Below, in pieces: positions 38,842 to 46,467 of a DNA stretch of 46,467 nt. The position numbers and the translations under genes were made by a program. The stretch's first letter is position 1; every line of letters starts with the position of its first letter. Source of the DNA: Catajapyx aquilonaris. Its lineage: Eukaryota. The stretch is from NCBI GenBank assembly GCA_000934665.2, contig JYFJ02000843.1, forward strand, positions 62,001 to 108,467. Reading direction: 5' to 3'. A model generated the notes under the pieces. That model was given only the letters and a program-made list of their open reading frames with translations. It did no database searches and was not told where the DNA came from.

Positions 38842-41133
38842 CACCTAAGAGTGATTAGAACCGAACAGTAATTACCGCAATGAAAATATATTGTAAAGTG
38901 AAAAATTGATGAAGTAATCCCTACTCTGCCCTGATGTTGCAAAGAAAAAACGAATTGTAAATTGATTTGCGAGACAATCAATCCATTAATATTATATTAT
39001 TCTCTTTTGACATATTGAAATATAAACTGCAATATACAAATTGCAGATCAGTTCAATAATTATCTTAAAAACCTCGACAGTTTTATAAGAGGAAGTGTCA
39101 CTTAGTACATGCACTTACTGTATTTCACTGTGGAGTTGTGAGTATGTCTTGGAAATGGCCACACTAACTTCTTAAGTTTCTGTCACACTGTTAAGACATA
39201 ATCCTGATATTTGAAAAAGTTACTTAATTTTCTTCAACTTCGCTACTTATAATTTCCCTCGACCTTGGGTCAAGCCAATCACCATGAGTTATACGTACAG
39301 TACATTAACGAGCAGTGCAAAACTTCCTTCCACAGATTATTCAGTTGTCATAAATATGACTTCCCTATTGTCCCTTACCACATAATATAGTCCAATTTAT
39401 TATATTATTAGACTAAGTCGATGAGAAATGTTTGAAAATTATTGGTCGAATTAAACGGGCTGTATTTTGAAATGCCACAGCACAGTATACATAATCGGGA
39501 AGAAATAGCCACAATTCTGAGCAATTACATGTTTACATATTTTCAATTGATACAATGTGTATCATGTGTCTGAAGCCCTCCGTCTGAAGGGAAGTTTATT
39601 TCCTATTATTTTACATTGTGACCAACCAATCTCATCATTTTCTTCGACTTATAGAAGTTTTACTGTGTATATATAGTAACAAGTAACAGATGGTGTCGAA
39701 ACAGAACACTCGACAAAACAATGTCACAAAATTTCAGAAATTTACAAGCATAATTTGAAAAAATTATACAAATTAAGAATGTCAGGTTTAGAGCAGCCAC
39801 AGAAAACATGATGGAATTTATTTGGTGGCGACAGGAGTAAAGGAAGTGATGCAAGTTAAAGAAAGAGGAAGTTACATTACAGAGAGAACAGAACTGAACT
39901 ACATCATCGAATCTAACAACATATCCATCTAACCAGAAAGTGTTAGAATATATTGTTGCGCAGATTTGTTAATATCGACGTAATGCAGGGAGGGGGAGGC
40001 CCAGGTGAAAATGTTGTTCCATCATGTAATCAAATTTTATATATTTATAGTGGTTACAGCGAGAAGTTGAATCTTCTAAGCGTTTCAGGTCAATATCTAC
40101 TGTACATCTAATAAAAGTGGTAAGGAGGTCCACGAAATTGATTTCATCTCTATGTAATAACCACGTTTGAAAGGATCTGGTCTAACTTGGAACCATATTG
40201 GAACAATGTGTATTCTCCAGAGGACTGATCATACAATTTAATACATTCAAAGCTGCACATCTAACGTCATGTTCTAGGCCTGCAAATGTGTACAATACCT
40301 TTAAAAAGTTCATATTTACCCCGTTGGGAGAATCGGCGATCCATTAGGGGGGTGGAATACCACCATTTTACCACTCAAATTTTCTGAACTTTTCCTCTAT
40401 TAATATGCAAATATCTGTCACTTTTCTTCAGCACAAGTTCTGGTACTGGATTAGCGAGGTTTTAAATCCTATCACTTGTTCTTGAGTCTACCCCGTGTAG
40501 TCTAATGTGTGTAGTCTAATCCCGGTCCCATCAACCCTCGCATCAACCTCATTTCTTGTCGGATAGTTGGCTTTTAGTTAACTACGCAACCGTGGTTTAG
40601 ATCCTTAGGAAGAGAGGGTGTCTGAAGCGGTCTGAAGGCCATGGAGTGTTATTTTGTTCAAACTTGGCACATGCAGAATAAGGAAATGAAAGTCCAAGGT
40701 GATCTTTGTTTATAGGCCGATTTTTCAATGAGTTGGCCAATGGAGGAGCTGAGTCGTTTTAATGCGGCAGACTATTGCCAAGTATTGGCAAAAATGGATT
40801 AATTTTATGCATCCTGATTGCAGAGTTGTAGAAAAACGTGTAACCCTCAAAGCACTGGGGAAATCGCGGAGTTTCAAGGTGAACATGACTAACGTGATTT
40901 CCTTTTGTGGTGAAATTTCTTTCTTCCGCAATGTTGCATGAACGTTATCCAATACGATCCAAAAGGTTACCTTTTAAAGTATCAGTGACGTGAAATAGCA
41001 CCATGGTTTTTGAATGGTTCAGTACAGTTAATCGTTAGACGTTAGAGCAGTGGCTTCTTTAGTTTTTAGCACTTTTCAAAATGTGCGGGAAATATTCCTT
41101 TACAATAAATTCGGTGACTACTCTGACATACTT

Positions 41134-43613
41134 TTAGTGATCAATCATCTTGTAGTGAGACAGGAGAGCAATCAATGTTACTGTTTTTGCATGTATGAAA
41201 TCTGCAATGAAAGAAGGCGTACACCCTGCAGCTAACATGGTCACTTTATCTGCAATAGACCCTGGAATGTAGTTTGAAGCAGGGTATGTTGAATGCACTG
41301 CGTCCACCATGGAGTTCACCACTTCGCTCATGTCGGTGGTCTGCAAATGAGAGTGTGTCTAATCGTTATTAAGACTAGGCAGTTCCTCCCGCATTCCCTC
41401 ACTATACATGTTATACGATGAGTACATAATTATACCGTATAGGTTCGTGAAACACCGCACAGCTCTGTACGTACCCCATTTGTTATCATTGCTACTACTG
41501 CTGTGACGACCTGATCGTCATCTCTGGACTTGTCTTCTATAATGTTTGTTTCTTTTACTAAGTTGGTGGCTACATTTAAGATATAGACGTAAACATTTGG
41601 GGTAGATTAGAAGAACATTTTGAAATATAACTCCACGTGAATATTACTATTACCATTCATGAAGTTTCCGGGATCGATTGTGACCACTCGGATTCCATTT
41701 GGTGACAATTCCTGTCTGATACACTCGGAGAATCCCTTCAGAGCCCACTTGGATGTGTGGTACGCTGATCCAAGGGCTGTTCCCAACATGCTGAAGATGC
41801 TGCATACATTTACAATACGGCCTGATGCAACAAAATAATATGGTAAATATCTTGTATCATGCACTGCAACATTACCATCCGGCTTGATTTGAGCCATGCT
41901 GTGCAAAGCATTATTCCCATTTACAAGTACAGTACATCAGCTACAGAATAAAGTGCATGTATACATATTGTAAGCACGAGACCCCTCTTTAATGTAACCA
42001 TACACTCTATACGAGTATGTTGTGATCCATAATTTTATTACTTACCGTTTTCTTTGTCAAGAAGAGGTAAAAAGGCTTTTGTCATTCTAATGTGGCCGTG
42101 GAAGTTGACAGACATTACTTTTTCATAAGTTTCCATAGACGTATCTTTTACATAGCCTAATGCAGGAATGCCAGCGTTATTTATTATTCCCCACAATTCT
42201 GAAACATTGAAATAAAATGACGTTACCTTCAATCATAAAGTACTTTTACCTGCATGATTAAAATGCACAATTTACATTGACCAATTTTCTGCTCAAGTCC
42301 AACAGCAGCAAAGACAATGATTAAAGTCGGTCAATGAAAAGATGAATACCCTTAGAGGCCAAAATAATATGGAGGCCTTTCATGGGTATCCATTAATATT
42401 TATTACTCGTACATTGATCAATTATTTCCTATTCGAATTATTTGCATGTCCGTGCAATGACATGACCGTTTCTTGTCCAAAACATTCTTTGTAACAGAAC
42501 ATTTATTTGGAATAATGGTCCTAAAACTCATAGTGAACCAAACACTGGGTCAGGGAATCGCTCGTACAATCTGCAAGGTTATTCAATTAGGGCCAGCTGA
42601 TAGTAAATCCAGAACTCATGATTAATCCAATAAATAACATGGACCAATCACATGGCTGGATTTACCATGATCACCCATCGATCTTTACTATTCTTATAGC
42701 CTAAAATATACATTAACCGCATACCGTCTGATTTTGTCGGCAGATTGTCAGTCACGTACTGCAAAGCATCTTGCACGCTCTTCTGTGAGGTTATATCCAG
42801 CTGAATGACATGCATTCTGTCCGAATTCATTTCACGCAGCTTGGTCGCACCCTCACCTCCTTTGTCCAACAAGAGACAGCCGGCATACACGGTGAAGCCC
42901 TGCATTACAATATAATTCACATCCTGCCTTATAACAACTTAGGTAGGTCATAATGTGCATGGAAAGCTGGGCGATAATAAGTAACTTACAAGATCATGCA
43001 ATGTACAGGCTGTAGAATGACCAAATCCAGAATCACACCCTGAAATGACCACTGCCTTTCCGCTGGGACATACCTGCGGAAAAAGACAAAACTAATGGTT
43101 GCAGAATCTATTAATTTACTGTTGATTGTGTTTATTTACAAAAATGCTGGATGATAATGGGCAGACACTCATGGAATTATTTTGTTGAATAGTTATCATA
43201 CTACAGTACATAAAAATGGACTCTATAATGGAGAGAACAAGTTTATGTTTATGTCATTGAGGTCGAACGATGAAGAGCATATAGGGCTTTAATCACAATA
43301 ACAGTTTTAGCAACCAAATGCATGCATTAAAATGCTCTGCTCTTCCCCTGAGTATTATAGATACCTATTGGTTCTTAAATAATTATATGAAGCATAAAGT
43401 GATTTGTTTCTATTTAAATAATTCATTACCTTTCGGGACCGCATGATCCATATCCATGCACAGAAAAGAACATTCATCGTGAGTAACCAGGTGATAAATG
43501 CACTGGAGATGTTGAACCTAAATAACGGCAGAAGGAATGTTCCGATAATGCCCACGGCTAAGAAAGAGAACTTCTCTTTCAGCATGTCATTGTAGTTTGG
43601 AAAAAAAAGCCAT
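41134..43613 (-). CDS. SDR9C-like short-chain dehydrogenase, copy 5, with an apparent +1 frameshift just after the conserved ATG; in-frame ATG at 43585
   Basis: Exons 43613-43430 (184 nt), 43073-42990, 42899-42725, 42198-42046, 41821-41654, 41569-41475 and 41340-41134. SGCDSGFG, NNAG, YHTSK. Confidence 0.85.
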
Positions 43614-44497
43614 TTTCTGGAAATAATTGCATAATCACATTAATCTACTGGAAAGTAGGAACACAATGTTATTATTATTAATCAAATTGTGACTTGCACT
43701 TTTTCCACAGTTAATATCAACGCACTGACTACCGCAGTGAGATTTAATCCTTTACGTAACATTATGTTTTTTATAAGCAGTCTTTCGGTGTGGGAATGGA
43801 GATTCTGATAATCTGCTGATGTCATAAATTGGATGGCTGTATAGGAACCGAGTAATGTGTGAAGCCCCATTTACTTACTCAATTTTGATGGACTACCAAT
43901 ACCCTTTCTGTGATGTTTCTAAACACTGAAAGCAGCAGTTCCATGTGGAATCACTTGCTTAAAATGTAGGAAATTGAGAGGCAGAATTTCCACTAAGCAG
44001 AAGTAGTAACTGACTGGTTGGAAGTGTTTTTCCGCAACGTTTATTTGCGGAGAAAATATATTTTCGTTAAAAAAAAAGACAAGGGCATGGATATATATTC
44101 GCATTGCACGGAACATGACGTTGTGCTACAGAAATAATTATTACTACAGAGCCAAGTGTCAGAAAACGTTGTTGCTAAAGATATTTCATTTCAAAACTTC
44201 GCAACAAAAAAAACAGTATGAAACAAGGTGTTTCTTGCATTACAGAGGAGTGGAAGTGTACAGTGTTAAGCAATATTCCCATACTGCTTAGGTTGTGAAA
44301 ACTTTTTTAAATCCGGTTTCGTGGTGTATGAAGCACTTTTGTTACCATTCTTTTTCAGGGGTTAAGTTCATTTATCACTTAGCCTACCTTTCATGTACTG
44401 TACGATACGACATAATTCATTGCAAGGTGTGTTTGCGCACTTCCCCAGCACAACACATTATATCTGTATCGTTGCCTTTAAACTATTTTAACGTATA

Positions 44498-44934
44498 CAG
44501 GTTGTTCATGAAAAACACCGACAAATATATACCATCCCCTACCTAGGCACCAGAGGATCACATTATGTAGAGGAGTGATTATGCCTGGACCGCCTCATTA
44601 CTGAGATAATTGACCTATTACTGTAGGACCCGTATCAAGGCATCGTTAGGGGGTATCCACGTGAAAACCAAAAATGTGCTGCAGAAACATTCACCAATAG
44701 CGATTATTCTAGCTGCTCCAGAACGGCGATGCGATTTTTGCCTAATCACTCCTTCTGACTGGGGGAGGGTTCGTTGGGTGGCTTAACTTCCAGGATATTT
44801 TATACTACCTGCTTGAAGGCAATTTTCGCAGTAATGAGGCGGTCCAGGCATAATCACTCCTCTACATAATGTGATCCTCTGGTGCCTAGGTAGGGGGTGG
44901 TATAGGTTTGTCGGTGTTTTTCATGAACACTCTG
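44498..44934. mobile_element. Tc1/mariner-type MITE (437 bp, ~105-bp TIRs)
   Basis: ta-caggttgttcatgaaaaacaccgacaaa...tttgtcggtgtttttcatgaacactctg-ta; arms extend to cgcctcattactg / cagtaatgaggcg. Confidence 0.88.
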
Positions 44935-45075
44935 TATAGATGTATAGATATTGGGAAAGGTAGCATACCACACATTCTTCATATTTCGGCTAATTTTAGT
45001 TTTAATAAAATGATTCAAAGGTGGTGGGATTGTGACCTTTTTGGTTGGGTGCTTGACAAGTGAATTTATTACTAA

Positions 45076-46161
45076 CTAGCAGGTTACCCGGCGTTGCCCG
45101 GGTATGTTGGGGTGCTGGTAAAGGTAGGGGTACATATCTGTGATAGATTACCTGCTTGCCTTATAGTGTACAGTCGACACGGATATTCTGATTGGATGTG
45201 TAAAAGGAGGAATGCGGATGGAGTTGGCCCAGGAAAAGACTGCACAGCAATGTGTTTTTCCCCCTGCATTTTTGACCCCTTGACCCCCTCCCCCAACCCC
45301 ACTTCACACCCCCACCTCGTTCCATATGTTTGCTCTGAAGAACTTCAGAAATATACGTACAAATGTATGATGGGAAATTTGTTTTCAACAGCGAGTAATA
45401 TTTTGCAAATACTGTATTATTTAATTGTATTTACTTTGTCTGGAAGTCTACTTTCAAATCCCACAAAATCCCGGAATTACCATAAGATACGAAGTCACGT
45501 GAGGTGGCCAATTAGCGTAATTGGTGGATGCGCTGAATTTACGGAGATGGTTTAATTTGCTAGGTATTGTGGCATAAGGGCATTTCCTAGGGGACTAATG
45601 GGAGACAAAGTGGCGCTGCGGAAACGTATGCTCCCACGGATGTTAAGGTCCCGGGTTCAATTCCAGCCCAGGGTTCCCTCCTTCATCCCGGGCAGAGTTG
45701 GGTCGTCTCGGGCTTCGTTTCGGGTGGAATCTCCTCAGACTAATCCACCCGGGGGAGTTCACAAAATATACCGTTTGAGAATTGCACCTTGCACCTTGCA
45801 CATCCCCTCCCAGTCACCCTGCCCGTGGGCCCGGGCGCTACGTCAAAACGGTTCCATCAAGACGAAATAAACGTTCCCTCCCTGCGGTACGATGCAGGGA
45901 GGTAAATAGCTAAAAAAGATAGGCATTTCCATGGGAATTCAAATTGATTTATTGTCATTATTGTAAGCTAATTGTTGAGGCAGGAATATGCGTGTTGTGG
46001 GGGTTAGGTACATTTTCGGAAGCTGAAACATGCGGCGTTAGATTCCTTGGAAAAAGTAACCCCCGATATGCTAATTTAAGGCGGTGTAGATGCCTTCCCC
46101 CGGATTTCTATAAGGGACAAACAAACTAACAATTAAGCTTCCTTATTTATAGATATAGAGA
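45076..46161 (-). mobile_element. Non-autonomous Helitron carrying a nested SINE
   Basis: Minus strand A|TCTCTATATCTATAAAT start, GC-rich hairpin acccgggcaacgccgggt ~10 nt before CTAG|T end, no TSD. Confidence 0.85.
45588..45921 (+). mobile_element. tRNA-derived SINE nested in the Helitron
   Basis: A-box-like gtggcgctgcgg, B-box ggttcaattcc, 3' hairpin cctccctgc...gcagggagg, A-rich end, and a 9-bp direct repeat ggcatttcc (45579-45587 and 45922-45930). Confidence 0.7.
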
Positions 46162-46304
46162 TTGCAGTACTCCTTGTTGTGCCTTTTTTGTCTAAATTAA
46201 ATTACACTTGCAACATAAGCTTTAAGAATAATTAAAATTTGCTATTTTTGGGCCATCGCAAGGCAAATGGACGTTTCAGTTTGTATTATAGGTCTACTTA
46301 TGGT

Positions 46305-46467
46305 ATCTAATATATATAAAGCCCCACGCCGAGGAGGATATAGGATATAGGATATAGGATGGAAAAGATGTCGCACTTCCCGAGGTCGTAGAGCTGTGGT
46401 CGAAATTCCGTTGGATTCCTTGCGGTCGACATACATTGTCCAAAAATCCTCAAAATGCCAAAATTCC
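46305..46467 (+). mobile_element. Probable 5' end of another Helitron running off the window
   Basis: A|TCTAATATATATAAA start followed by a short (ggatata)n repeat; 3' end not visible. Confidence 0.5.

Noticed and set aside
40320..40660. Possible degraded SINE/LINE 3' end with short tandem duplications
   Set aside because: No clear Pol III boxes or TSD.
45094..45555. 153-aa ORF
   Set aside because: Lies within the non-autonomous Helitron and has no Rep or helicase motifs.

Overview
AT-rich, intron-containing animal genomic DNA, probably from an arthropod judging by the gene and repeat families. I built gene models by hand from GT/AG boundaries and phase continuity. From left to right: the last three exons of an unidentified + strand gene with an acidic tail; two tandem - strand BTB/POZ genes, each with an acidic linker and one C2H2 finger (one has a large coding repeat expansion); five 7-exon paralogues of a membrane-anchored short-chain dehydrogenase (SDR9C/RDH/BDH-like, - strand). 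The first SDR copy is cut off from the other four by a divergent Rad21/Rec8-family kleisin (+) and TRIP4/ASC-1 (-). Introns and intergenic DNA hold many non-autonomous TEs with readable termini and TSDs: Tc1/mariner-, CACTA-, PIF/Harbinger-, hAT- and piggyBac-type MITEs, Helitrons and three different tRNA-derived SINEs, several of them nested. I found no prokaryote-style system such as CRISPR. The most notable observations are the Rec8-like kleisin with E2F/CHR-like upstream motifs, a predicted NAD-to-NADP switch among SDR paralogues, a GC-AG intron and a frameshift in single SDR copies, a Helitron-like element in the TRIP4 promoter position, and a possible unannotated spliced transcript at 14.3-15.7 kb. 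All homology calls come from motif recognition, not database searches.
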